A stretch of 63,211 bases of DNA, the filler included, from Octopus bimaculoides (Eukaryota): assembly GCF_001194135.2 (NCBI RefSeq). It is 8 parts of 8 records of this genome, joined end to end, with 100 filler letters (N's around TTAATTAATTAA, not from the genome) between each part and the next. Parts side by side here need not be neighbours in the genome. Positions count along the whole stretch, not along the records: positions 1 to 21,188 come from NC_068982.1; 7 more parts are not named here. One strand, 5' to 3'. The translations under genes were made by a program, and so were the position numbers. Positions 1 through 12,938 of the stretch are shown here, piece after piece (position 1 is the stretch's first letter; each line of letters begins with the position of its first letter). The notes beneath the pieces are model-generated. The model worked only from the letters and a program-made list of their open reading frames with translations, was not told where the DNA came from and did no database searches.

Positions 1-34
<34 letters not shown>

Positions 35-1344
35 GGATACATTTATATAACACACAGATACACACACACATATATAACACAAACATATGTATATGCATAT
101 ATACATATATGGTGATTCAGTGTGGCTGCTGTTAACTGACTGAAACAAGTAAATGTAAAAGAATATACATGTGTGAGTGTGTACATGTGTGTGTGTGTGT
201 GTGCACACGCGTGTGTGTTATACAAGCATCAAAGCTATTCTTTAACATGCTCACTAAAAAAAAAAATATCAATTAGGTGAAATGATCTTTGCAAACTAAT
301 TCTGCTGAATATTCTCTAGAAATTGGATTTACTCTCCCCAACCTTGAAAAATAATCAATAATATAATCTACAAAATAGACAAGGAAAAAAAAAATTCACT
401 ACCTGCAAAAAAAAAAAAAAACGACAACAGTGATCATCACCTAATAAAAATTCTTACTCATGTTTGAAAAGAAAAGAGTTTAATGTTCTTGCTGTTTTGT
501 GCATTTTTTGTGCACTTTTAAAACAACCGATTTTAAAATTTATTTTTACTTTTTCTATTTTTGTTATAAGGTAGCTCAGTTTCATTCCAATTAAGCAATC
601 AAGCAGAAAACAAATCACCATCATCATCACCACTATGACAATGGTGATAACTGCCGCCACTGCTGCCATTACCACCACCAAAATGTGTTCATGTTTTCTT
701 TTTTATGCTTGGGCCCCAACAGTGAATTGGAATCAATTCTTTGATGAGATAAGATGATGAAAAAATAATCAATAGTTGTCTATATAGAAATATAACACAC
801 ACACACACAGTTTTGAATGCTTGAAAGATCAGAGGGAAAGTTTTTCTTTTCCTTCACTCTGACTATTTATCATCAAATCTTTAGAAAACAAGCAGTATGA
901 ATTCCAAATGTCTAAATAAACCGACAATGTGAATATATAAATAGTATGATAGCACAGTACCCATTAAAATGGTAGGAGTATTTCTGTCTCTTTTCAGTAG
1001 TTCTAAATATTTCTACTTCATTTTCTTCTTGTGCTTCATTTTGTCTTCTTTCAGTTATTCTCTTTATCTTGAACCTCAATCATGCTTCTTCTCATGTTTC
1101 TGGTTGTCATTATGCAGCACTACTCTTTTCTCCAATTCATACTGTGCATTGGCATACTGTGATAATCTCTGATTTTTTTTTGGGGGGGGGGGGTCTGCAG
1201 TTCAAAGTTTTTCTGTGACAGAATTTCTTGAGTTGTTTAGGTTGCAATTAGCTGTTGCATATTTGAAAAACTGTCTTTTCACTTCCTTACTCTCATTCAT
1301 TATTCCCACTCACATCCTTCATTATTTCTTCCCTTCCTCTCTCA

Positions 1345-1663
1345 CATCGTATCTCAAATTCTGAAGTCCTCAAAAAGGCTGATTTTCAATCCATGCACTA
1401 TCTATCGATGCAGAGAAATTTCCATCGGACAGACCACAGTGCAAGAATTGGCAATGATAGATTCTCAAAGATAGTCCTGTTCTCACAACTGACAGATGGC
1501 TATCAAAACACTGGTAGACCCAAATCAAGATTCAAGGACACTGTCAAGCAAAACCTAAAAGGTTTATCTATCCTCACTGACAAGTGGTACCAGATAGCCG
1601 GTGATTGCTCTATCTCAAGAAATGTGATTCATAAAGTCAGTCAACCGTTGCCAGTGGACTGGA

Positions 1664-1665
<2 letters not shown>
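1345..1665 (+). mobile_element. RTE-clade LINE ORF2 C-terminal remnant
   Basis: Translation ISNSEVLKKADFQSM...RIGNDRFSKIVLFSQLTDGYQNTGRPKSRFKDTVKQNLK...W matches the RTE ORF2 tail pattern (R.PK..L...L..G.R..GRP..R.KD..K..LK). Confidence 0.7.
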
Positions 1666-1709
<44 letters not shown>

Positions 1710-4272
1710 NNNNNNNNNNNNNNNNNNNNNNNNNNNNNNNNNNNNNNNNNNNNNNNNNNNNNNNNNNNNNNNNNNNNNNNNNNNNNNNNNNNNNNNNNNN
1801 NNNNNNNNNNNNNNNNNNNNNNNNNNNNNNNNNNNNNNNNNNNNNNNNNNNNNNNNNNNNNNNNNNNNNNNNNNNNNNNNNNNNNNNNNNNNNNNNNNNN
1901 NNNNNNNNNNNNNNNNNNNNNNNNNNNNNNNNNNNNNNNNNNNNNNNNNNNNNNNNNNNNNNNNNNNNNNNNNNNNNNNNNNNNNNNNNNNNNNNNNNNN
2001 NNNNNNNNNNNNNNNNNNNNNNNNNNNNNNNNNNNNNNNNNNNNNNNNNNNNNNNNNNNNNNNNNNNNNNNNNNNNNNNNNNNNNNNNNNNNNNNNNNNN
2101 NNNNNNNNNNNNNNNNNNNNNNNNNNNNNNNNNNNNNNNNNNNNNNNNNNNNNNNNNNNNNNNNNNNNNNNNNNNNNNNNNNNNNNNNNNNNNNNNNNNN
2201 NNNNNNNNNNNNNNNNNNNNNNNNNNNNNNNNNNNNNNNNNNNNNNNNNNNNNNNNNNNNNNNNNNNNNNNNNNNNNNNNNNNNNNNNNNNNNNNNNNNN
2301 NNNNNNNNNNNNNNNNNNNNNNNNNNNNNNNNNNNNNNNNNNNNNNNNNNNNNNNNNNNNNNNNNNNNNNNNNNNNNNNNNNNNNNNNNNNNNNNNNNNN
2401 NNNNNNNNNNNNNNNNNNNNNNNNNNNNNNNNNNNNNNNNNNNNNNNNNNNNNNNNNNNNNNNNNNNNNNNNNNNNNNNNNNNNNNNNNNNNNNNNNNNN
2501 NNNNNNNNNNNNNNNNNNNNNNNNNNNNNNNNNNNNNNNNNNNNNNNNNNNNNNNNNNNNNNNNNNNNNNNNNNNNNNNNNNNNNNNNNNNNNNNNNNNN
2601 NNNNNTATATATATATATATATATGTAGTGGTTATCACATACACTTAACACATAGAAGGTTGCAAGTTCGAAACTTGCTGAAACCCATTAAATATTTATC
2701 TACAGTGGTGCTCCAGCATAACCACAGCTGCATGGCTGAAAAGAATAAAGGAATATAATAATTAGATAAAGATAGTTATGGCCAGTCTATGGGGTTACCC
2801 TGCATTTCACACTCATAAAGCGCTTAGCTTTACGATGCCTCTTCAGACCCTAATGGCTGGTGGCTTCTAGAGTGTGCTTCTCTCTCAGATTTATGATTTA
2901 CCAATGATACACACACACACACACACACGTTATCATCACCTTCATCATCTAATATCAGTCTTTCTTTCATGCTGCTGGCATGGATTGCTCCAATGTCTAC
3001 TTTGACATTGTTTCTACAACTGGATGTCTTTCCTAATACCACCCACTTTACAGAGTGTACTGGATGCTTTATTTTTCATGGCACCACCTCTTGTGAGGAT
3101 GCCATGTAGCTCACAAGACTAAGATTCCCATCACCTGAGTGAGGTTTCAGAAGATAGGGAGACAGCTTTATGCTAGATGAAAGATTTGATTACAAAGGAA
3201 AGGGTCAGAACAGGTTTTTGGCTGTAATAGAGACATGACACGTTCTCCAAGAGTGTGTGGAAGTAATTACTATTGACCTGGAAAGAGAATTAAAGATGGT
3301 AGTGATAAGGTGTCAGGGTAAGGCCTAGTGGTGGGGAGAAGAACAGGAAGGGATCCTGGACTGGATAAATGTATCAAGAGAGAGTATGGAAACTAGTGAG
3401 TGGATTTGGCACATGGAAACTGAAAGCCTGTTTCATGTGGGTGTGTTGAGTTTTACAGTTCATTGGAAACAGCCGAGCAACAAACTGTGGCATTGTTGTG
3501 ATTTCTCTTCTCAAGAAAATTGTCTGCTAGCTTTACACCTTTGAAGATGTGTAGAATGAAAAGGCCCCTTACTTGAAAAACTGGTAAGAGTTAATAACAA
3601 AAAGGGCAGCTGGTTGTAAAACAATGCTCAATTATATATCAGTCTAACCCATGCTAGCCTGAAAAAAAACAGACATAAAAACCAAATGAATTAATGAATA
3701 AGCATTCATTTAGTGAAATGGAGAGCTATGAGAAAAAGAATAACGGTGGAAAGAAAAACATTACTACTGTTATTAGGAAATTCCCAGGTCCTTTTAACCC
3801 ACAGTTATATTTTTCCCATCATTCCATAAGGTCAGGATCATGCTTGATTATTACAATAAAGCTTGGAAACATGAGCATCTCCTCCAAAGCTACATACACC
3901 TTCCAGAAGTTTGAGTTCTGATTTTCCTTTGTTTTATTTCTCCTTCAATGACCTTTCTGACACTTATTGTGAAAAACAACAGGGTGCAATTTGGTGCTGA
4001 TTCTCACCACCCTGATACTTCTGCATTGTTGTTTTAATGCATCTACGAGGGTATCCAATAGTTGGCTATGCCACCAGGTAAGCACGTGAAGAATGATCTG
4101 CAATGATGGCAGATTATTCACTGATGATGTATGGCCTCCACGCTGAAGATAATCAACAGTATCATCCCAGCTTTCACCATCTAATAATATTAGCTAGAGA
4201 TAGAAGAACACCATACACAAAATAAATATAGATATGGAAGTTCAGTTTATATTTTTTAAAAATATCCACTAC

Positions 4273-4313
<41 letters not shown>

Positions 4314-4374
4314 GCGCGTGCGTGCATAGACACACACACACACAAATGTCATTATCATTTTCACATCCACATTT

Positions 4375-4560
4375 CCATGGTTGCATGGTTCAGACAGAAT
4401 ATGCTGAGGTTGATTTTCTATAATCAGATGCCCTTCCCGTCGCCAACCCTTACCAGTTTCCAAACAATGTAATATTTCCCCATAGCCGAGCATGTTTTCA
4501 GAAGATTGTAAACAAGCAATCACCATTTGTATGACAGAGCCACTCATACACAAATATCAT
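4375..4560 (-). mobile_element. Degenerate SINE family C fragment
   Basis: Contains ttccatggttgcatggtt and gatgcccttccc...gccaacc, motifs shared with the copies at 11118 and 15263. Confidence 0.55.
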
Positions 4561-5610
4561 ACAATGTTAGAACAAAGATGGACACACACACACACACACA
4601 CACCATACGGCTTTAGGTACAATCCCACAATGAGTTACTTTAGGCTAGTGTCTTTTATCTCCGCAGGTTGATAAATACCTTGTAAGTGGGATTTAGTAGA
4701 AGTTTCTTATATAAATATATGAACATTTTGTGTGTGTTGTATATGTGCATGTCTACGTGCATGTTTATTTTTACACTAGTCTATATCTATGCTTACACTA
4801 ATAATTGATTCAACTCATACAGATATTTTTTTTTAAATGGGTTTCAAAATATAAAAATTTCAGAAAAACAGAGAAAACTATGGCTTACCATGTTTCATTA
4901 CTCATATTTGTATATCACGAAATAATGAATAACAGATTTTTCAAGCTGCTCAAGCATTAGTATAAATTTTCCAAAGCTCCTACATTATATTTCTAAAAAT
5001 CCACAGTGTATCTAGATTGTTCTTTGCAACACAGTAGTATTTGTAGTTAGTGCACCATTTGAGAAGCATTAATCTAAGGAAACTCAAAATCTCAGTCTAG
5101 TTTTCCAACATGTACTGTCATTTAGCTGGTTTTAACTCAAAATATCACAGTGCAACTAAGTATATATATATTATACATTAGATCATCTACTAATGTGTAG
5201 TGGAAGGTATAATTAGCATTCACATTGTACAGTGTCTGTCACCATTCCACAATCCTACAACCACCCTATCATTCCTTTCCCTGCCTCTGTAGTTGTAGCT
5301 GTCAATACCATCCCAACAATAGTTCTGGAACTGCTCAACCTTAATTGACATTCTAGTGGATGCTACCTGTTAAATTAGTGGCCTACAACTTACATCAAGT
5401 TTATATTGAAATATTAAAGGAAGTAAACCAAACTGGAAAATAAAATAAACCACAAACATGATTTTTTTAAAGTAAACAAATTACAAAGAGACATTAAAAA
5501 ATGGTATTAAAAAATAAAATAACCATGACAAAGGAAAACTTTTTGCAGGCAATATTGAAACAAGATCATATATTGTAGTAGTTATTAACCCAGGTTAACC
5601 CTATCTGAAT

Positions 5611-6002
5611 TTGTTGTTGTTGTTGGCACTCCGTCGCTTACGACATCGAGGGTTCCAGTTGATCCGATCAACGGAACTGCCTGCTCGTGAAATTAACATG
5701 CAAGTGGCTGAGCACTCCACAGACACATGTACCCTTAACATAGTTCTTGGGGATATTCAGCGTGACACAGTGTGACAAGGCTGACCCTTTGAATTACAGG
5801 CACAACAGAAACAGGAAGTAAGAGTGAGAGAAAGTTGTGGTGAAAGAGTACAGCAGGGTTTGCCACCATCCCCTGCCGGAGCCTCGTGGAGCTTTAGGTG
5901 TTTTCGTTCAATAAACACTCACAACGCCCGATCTGGGAATCGAAACCGCGATCCTATGACCACGAGTCCGCTGCCCTAACCACTGGGCCATTGCACCTCC
6001 AC
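5611..6002 (-). mobile_element. Full-length tRNA-derived SINE, family A, with 14-bp TSD
   Basis: Reverse strand starts GTGGAGGTGCAATGGCCCAGTGGTTAGGG (A box)...GGTTTCGATTCCC (B box) and ends in an (AAC)n tail. TSD AACCCTATCTGAAT at 5597-5610 and 6003-6016. Confidence 0.9.
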
Positions 6003-6487
6003 AACCCTATCTGAATAGATTTACGATTAAAAACATTCTCACTTTGTAGGCATAGTGTATCTAGGACTACATCGTTCAATGAATCCTTTTACTTTTAAGA
6101 AAGAAAGTTTTGATTTCCAGCTGGTCAAATAGTGATGTAACAGTTCCTTTGTTGAACTAAAAGCCACATGTTAATAAGGATGAAGAATGAGATTGTGAAA
6201 TGCTCATGATTAACTTAAGGACTAAAAGAAAAGAATTGACAAGTATCTTTCAAATGGAAATAGACCTGATATAAAGATTCTGAACATACAAAACTAATAT
6301 TAATTTTCACAATGGAGATGATAAAAAAGGGAACATAAAAGAAAACTTAACAATCATACCAAAGTTCACAATTTTACACATAATCTATGCAATAACCCAT
6401 CTGAGCATGGCACACATTCTCTCACAAGACCTTGATACAGTAATGCAATTTTCCCAGCGCATACACACACACACACACATACACACA

Positions 6488-6518
<31 letters not shown>

Positions 6519-6877
6519 TACATGTGGCTCTCTTAATGCTATGAAATCTTTTAGATATGCTAATACTTCTCTGAAACATTAGGAATTATCTCTGGATTTT
6601 GTAGCATTAGACTGATGAAAGAAATTTCTATTATAGAAGTTTTTAAACAGAACTTGAACCCAGCACTGCATGCCAACAAATCACAAATTTCACACTACTA
6701 TCATGGCTGACAGCAATAACTTATGACAACCATTATACTTAATTGTATTATTAGCTACTGATAGGAGAGTGTGGTAAATTCAATTGCCATGAGGAGTAAA
6801 GTATCCAATATTTTGGATTCTTGCTCTTTATCTGAGAGTGAAGAAGTGAGAGTAAGTGATGTTATCACTTTGGTTAA

Positions 6878-7571
6878 AGGCAATGGACTTACAATATAAA
6901 CTATTCTTTGACCATCTATGGTTGCTACTGTCACTTGACCATTTATGGTCTCTGCATGCATTTGATTTCTATGACCTCAAGACCCACTGACCATTTATGG
7001 TCTCCACTGCTACTTGATGCAATATGTAACATTATAATGTTGTTGTTGCTGTTGGCACTCCGTCGCTTACAACGTCGAGGGCTCCAGTTGATCCGATCAA
7101 CAGAACAGCCTGCTCGTGAAATTAACGTGCAAGTGGCTGAGCACTCCACAGACATGTGTACCCTTAACGTAGTTCTCGGGGATATTCAGTGTGACAAGGC
7201 TGACTCTTTTAATTACAGGCACAACAGAAACAGGAAGTAAGAGTGAGAGAAAGTTGTGGTGAAAGAGTACAGCAGGGTTCACCACCATCCCCTGCCGGAG
7301 CCTCGTGGAGCTTTAGGTGTTTTCACTCAATAAACACTCACAACGCCCGGTCTGGGAATCGAAATCCCGATCCTATGACCGCAAGTCCGCTGCCCTAACC
7401 ACTAGGTGATTGCGCCTCCACAGAGGCAATGGACTTACAATATAAACTATTCTTTGACCATCTATGGCCGCTACTGTCACTTGACCATTTATGGTCTCTA
7501 CATGCATTTGATTCTATGACCTCAAGACCCACTGACCATTTATGGTCTCCACTGCTACTTGATGCAATATG
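6878..7571 (+). repeat. ~149-bp direct repeat pair flanking a SINE
   Basis: 6878-7026 and 7424-7571 differ by about 3 substitutions and 1 indel. Each copy has three internal GACCAT(C/T)TATGG motifs. Confidence 0.9.
7038..7421 (-). mobile_element. Full-length tRNA-derived SINE, family A
   Basis: Near-identical to 5611-6002 and to the reverse complement of 32773-33166. Confidence 0.9.
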
Positions 7572-7582
7572 CAAGTATAACA

Positions 7583-9137
7583 TCTATATATATAAAAATG
7601 AGAATGTGTGTCTGTCTGTCTGTCTGTCTGTCTGTGTGAATCCCTAAAACTCGAGAACTACGCAACCAATTTCATTCAAATTTTACACATGCCTTACTTA
7701 GGGTTCTAGTTGTGTTTTAGTCAAAAAAAATTATTAACTTCTTGCAGAGTTCGAGCACACGGCAACATAATATCTCCTCCACTATTTAAGTATTACGTAT
7801 CAAAAGTGAAACAAAAACACTCATGTCAAATACTTTCACTTTAAAAATGAAACTATTCCACTAACTGAAACAATCACATTTCGATACTGTAGTGACAGAT
7901 ACTTTCACAGAGAGAGAGAGAGAGAAAGAGANNNNNNNNNNNNNNNNNNNNNNNNNNNNNNNNNNNNNNNNNNNNNNNNNNNNNNNNNNNNNNNNNNNNN
8001 NNNNNNNNNNNNNNNNNNNNNNNNNNNNNNNNNNNNNNNNNNNNNNNNNNNNNNNNNNNNNNNNNNNNNNNNNNNNNNNNNNNNNNNNNNNNNNNNNNNN
8101 NNNNNNNNNNNNNNNNNNNNNNNNNNNNNNNNNNNNNNNNNNNNNNNNNNNNNNNNNNNNNNNNNNNNNNNNNNNNNNNNNNNNNNNNNNNNNNNNNNNN
8201 NNNNNNNNNNNNNNNNNNNNNNNNNNNNNNNNNNNNNNNNNNNNNNNNNNNNNNNNNNNNNNNNNNNNNNNNNNNNNNNNNNNNNNNNNNNNNNNNNNNN
8301 NNNNNNNNNNNNNNNNNNNNNNNNNNNNNNNNNNNNNNNNNNNNNNNNNNNNNNNNNNNNNNNNNNNNNNNNNNNNNNNNNNNNNNNNNNNNNNNNNNNN
8401 NNNNNNNNNNNNNNNNNNNNNNNNNNNNNNNNNNNNNNNNNNNNNNNNNNNNNNNNNNNNNNNNNNNNNNNNNNNNNNNNNNNNNNNNNNNNNNNNNNNN
8501 NNNNNNNNNNNNNNNNNNNNNNNNNNNNNNNNNNNNNNNNNNNNNNNNNNNNNNNNNNNNNNNNNNNNNNNNNNNNNNNNNNNNNNNNNNNNNNNNNNNN
8601 NNNNNNNNNNNNNNNNNNNNNNNNNNNNNNNNNNNNNNNNNNNNNNNNNNNNNNNNNNNNNNNNNNNNNNNNNNNNNNNNNNNNNNNNNNNNNNNNNNNN
8701 NNNNNNNNNNNNNNNNNNNNNNNNNNNNNNNNNNNNNNNNNNNNNNNNNNNNNNNNNNNNNNNNNNNNNNNNNNNNNNNNNNNNNNNNNNNNNNNNNNNN
8801 NNNNNNNNNNNNNNNNNNNNNNNNNNNNNNNNNNNGGCTGCTCAAAAGTGGGCAGCAACAAAAAACCTATTTGTATATGCTCCACAAGGGAAAACAAGGA
8901 ACATAGTTTACAATGAGGTGTTATAATCACAACAGCAAGAAGTATGTACATGATCACCTTCTTTTACGAAACTTCATTGACTTTCATATATTTATATTGA
9001 TATACATATATATATACGTGTGTTTGGGTGCGTGTGTGTATATACATCTCTATATATAAAGATGATGCGTAGTCTAGACGGCGTTTTTAGATTTCATTAT
9101 TCTCTTTAACCCGGGCAACGCCGGGTATTTCTGCTAG
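7583..9137 (+). mobile_element. Helitron, internally deleted and spanning an N gap
   Basis: 5' A|TCTATATATATAAAAATG at 7583. 3' hairpin ACCCGG-GCAACG-CCGGGT (9109-9126) is followed by CTAG|T at 9134-9137. A RepHel helicase C-terminus lies inside. Confidence 0.7.
8837..8926 (+). pseudogene. Helitron RepHel (PIF1-like helicase) C-terminal fragment
   Basis: AAQKWAATKNLFVYAPQGKTRNIVYNEVL* matches the typical RepHel end (...NLFV.AP.GKTKNIVY.E.L*). Confidence 0.75.
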
Positions 9138-9499
9138 TTATAATATAAACATGACATTATAAAACAACACTATAATGACCAACACAAAATATCTCACAAC
9201 ATAATACATTCTCACCTACTACTTCTTCTCCACCAGGAAATGTAGCTAACACTTGAGAAACTGAGAAATGCATGTTTCAGTTGTTATTTAATTTTAGGTT
9301 ATGCTTGATTAAGCAAATACTACTGATTAAAAGCATTCAAGCCTCACTAACCCATATTTTTTTAACCACAAATTCTGTACCTAAAAGTATATCACCAATT
9401 AGTCTATTTTTATTATGGTGATAAGGTGTACTTTGAAGATTGTAGGAAATTTGACTGCTTTTTCTCATAGGTTAAGCAACCTTGTGAGCTGAATACACT

Positions 9500-9770
9500 A
9501 AAGTTGTGAGTTTGATTCCTGGTGGCATGTTGTGTCCTTGAGCAAGACACTTTATTTCACATTTCTCCAACTTAGCTGGCAAAAATGAATTGTACCTAGC
9601 TCAAAGGATCAGCCTTGTCACATTCAGTGCATCACACTGAATCTCCCTGAGAACTTCATTAAGATTACACATGTCTGTGGAGTGCTCAGCCACTTGCAAG
9701 TAAATTTCATGAATAGGCTATTGATCAAATCAACTGGAATACTTGTCATCATAACTGACAGACTGACCCA
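9500..9770 (+). mobile_element. Decayed SINE (CORE-like block plus family A 3' part)
   Basis: gtgtccttgagcaagacactttatttcaca is followed by atcagccttgtcaca...gtggagtgctcagccacttgc, shared with family A. Confidence 0.55.
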
Positions 9771-11084
9771 GCCAAAGCAACCATGTAGGAGCAACTATGA
9801 GCCAGTGATGGAACCTCTACATAGTCACTAGACCTGCAAGAAATAGCAGTCAAGTCTCCCTCAAAAACACATCCTAGCAACTTAAGAAAAGAATGACACA
9901 TTGGATAATATAGTGATGAATTTATACAAGAATAGTGTGGTCACGGCTGGAATACCTTTGACCTGAGGCTAAACAACAACAGTCACCACCATTGCCACAA
10001 TGAAATGGCCCCTTCGTTGTCAGCTGCATATATATAGCTCATGATGGACTGTAAAACACATTTAAAAAAATTTTTTTAATTCTGCCATCACATAACTAGA
10101 AGTGGGAGGGCAGCTCCCTGACCCTTTTCAAGGCTTCCGAAACACATGGGAGGAAGAAAGGGAGTTATCCTTAGACCATGATCTTGGTCAGAAGGCTTGC
10201 AACAGAATGGACACTGCTAAATCACCCAAGGGCCAGATAGTTATTTAAATCAAGATAAAGGATTAAGTCTCCTACATGTTTCCGCATAGTTTCCATCTAG
10301 CAAATTTGATTCAAAGGTTTTGGTCAACTTAAAGCTTTGGCAGAAGACACTTGCCCAAGGTGTCACTCTGTGGGATTGAACTCTAAACCAGGTAACTGCA
10401 AAACTAACTTCATAACCATACAGACATGCCAGCTCTCCAGTTCAAGATAAACAAATATCAGTCAATAAGTACATATAATATATATATATAAAAATAAGAT
10501 CCAAGGATCAAAGTGTAGGAAGTTAGTAAGCTTCAAGCAGTTCATACAAGGCATAAAAAACAAATTTCGGTGGTTTATTGAGAGTTGTAAATTTTTTCCA
10601 TATCAAAGATTAATAAGTTGAAAAAAGTTATTTTATAGCTTATGGTTAATAGCTGGGGGTTGCTGTGTATGTGAATAGGAATCCAAAATTAGGGGATGGA
10701 ATAGATAAAATCCAAGTTACATGTTTCATAGCTAACAGAACCTCAGAAGTAGCAATTGTCCAAACAAGGGGTACTCCACTAACTACTTGTCAGGCCAAAG
10801 ATGCCTTAATTGAATGAAGTTTACATTGTCAAGGGACCCCATGTTAACTTGCAGGAGATTCGATCAAAAATGCATGGAAAACATAAAAATTAAGAAGAAA
10901 AGGGGAAGCATATTAGTGAAAAAGTGTTGAATGGGTGTAAGTGTCTAAACTTGCTAAGGAAAAGAATAACACGAAAACAAAAAGGAGTAGGAGTGAAAAG
11001 TTTGATGTTATTGAAGCTAGTTAGAGGAATGTCGTTATGAAATTAGGCTGGGGTCATTTGTGGGTCTACTGTAGAATAAATAAG

Positions 11085-11117
<33 letters not shown>

Positions 11118-11118
<1 letters not shown>

Positions 11119-11468
11119 ATCATCATCATCATCATCGTCGTTTAACGTCCGCTTTCCATGCTAGCATGGGTTGGACGATTTGACTGAGGACTGGTGAAAC
11201 CAGATGGCTACACCAGGCTCCAATCTGATTTGGCAGAGTTTCTACGGCTGGATGCCCTTCCTAATGCCAACCACTCAGAGAGTGTAGTGGATGCTTTTAC
11301 GTGTCACCCGCACGAAGGCCAGTCAGGCGGTACTGGCAACGGCCACGCTCAAAATGGTGTATTTTTTGTGCCACCCGCACAAGAGCCAGTCCAGGGGCAC
11401 TGGCAACGATCTCGCTCGAAAATCCTACGAAGGCCAGTCAGGCGGTACTGGCAACGGCCACGCTCAAA
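11118..11468 (-). mobile_element. SINE family C with (ATG)n tail and internal tandem duplication
   Basis: Tail CCAACCCATGCTAGCATGGAAAGCGGACGTTAAACGACGATGATG on the minus strand. Conserved GGTTGGCATTAGGAAGGGCATCCAGCC motif. The ~45-bp unit cgaaggccagtcaggcggtactggcaacggccacgctcaaa occurs twice. Confidence 0.8.
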
Positions 11469-11594
11469 TTTGGGTACAGGACATTGCAAACAAAACGTAG
11501 ACAAAATGATAAACAAAGTACAGAAAACACACAGGCCACATAGAAAACATTACCTTCATCAGCTGCCACCATTCTAACACTATGTATAGGGCAG

Positions 11595-11815
11595 CCTTCT
11601 GGCAGAATGACTAGCATGCTGGCTGGCTAAAATGTTTAGCAGAATTTCATTTGTCTTCACGTTCTGAGTTCAAACTCTGCTGAGGTCAACTCTGCCTTTC
11701 ATCCTTTTAGGGGTTGATAAAATAAGTACCAGTTGAGCACTGGAGACGATGTAATCAACTTGTGCTCTCCCTCAAAATTGCTGGCCTTGTGCCAAAATTT
11801 GAAAACAATATATAT
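11595..11815 (+). mobile_element. tRNA-derived SINE with Nin-like central domain
   Basis: gttctgagttcaaactctgctgaggtcaactctgcctttcatccttttaggggttgataaaataagtaccag resembles the Nin domain and is homologous to 26855-27060. Confidence 0.65.
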
Positions 11816-11845
11816 TTATATATATAGATATATATATATATATAT

Positions 11846-11893
<48 letters not shown>

Positions 11894-12879
11894 TGTGTGA
11901 GTGTTACAGTGTTATGGAGAGTTGGTGGTGGGGGGGGCCTATTTTTTGTAAAGAAGTAGACGAGTAGGGAATAGGAGGTGGAGGAGATGACAGTAAATAT
12001 TGTATAATTGAATAACAAGACTGCAAATACAGTGAATAATAAACTGTGTGTGTGTGTAAACAGGAAATAGAATGAGGAGAAGGTAAGAGAGGGAAGTACT
12101 GACCTTTGGTAGTTGCTATCAGGTGTTAAAAATAAGAGGAACTTTAAGTAAATATTGTCTGCTGTTGGTAGATCAAGCTGGTTAAATAATAATGGTTCGC
12201 AGTATTTTAGTAGTGTTGACAGCTTAACAAGGTGTTGTGTGTGTGTGTGTACTAGTGTGAGGTGAGTAAGGGGAGTGGTGTGTCACAACTTGAAGAGCCT
12301 GGAGAAAGTAAGTTAATGGGTAATGAAAATTGAAGAAGATATATAAAAGCAAAAATCTATCACTACCTTCCTGCCCCCCAACTCTCTCTCTTTCATTGAA
12401 ATATAAAAGAGAATCAGTGTGAGAAAGAAAGAAAAAGCTCTTAACAAAGAAATCCACCAATTTTAAACAGCCCCACCCTGTCTCTACAGAAAGGCTTTGT
12501 TCCAGATGATTAAATTTGTCTCCACTACAGAATACAAATTTCATACATTTCAACTCCTTTAATTTGGTTAGTTTTTTTAATGAGACAAGTTACCATAAAC
12601 TCTGCTTTTGAATTTGTTAAATATTTATCTGCAGAGGAACTTCTAATCCTTATTCTTAATAATCTCATCTTCCTTAACACTTGTTTCAGTCATTGGACTG
12701 TGGCCATGTTGGCACACCACCATCAAAGGTTTTAGTCAATTTCGTCAATCTTAGCACTCATTTTACCAATCTCTAATAATGTCCTTGAATTGTCCCCTTT
12801 TAGAGAATGACCTCTCCTTAGGGAGTAAATACAACCAAGAATTAACACCAATGAACCCTACCAGTAAAGAAACATATGT

Positions 12880-12938
<59 letters not shown>

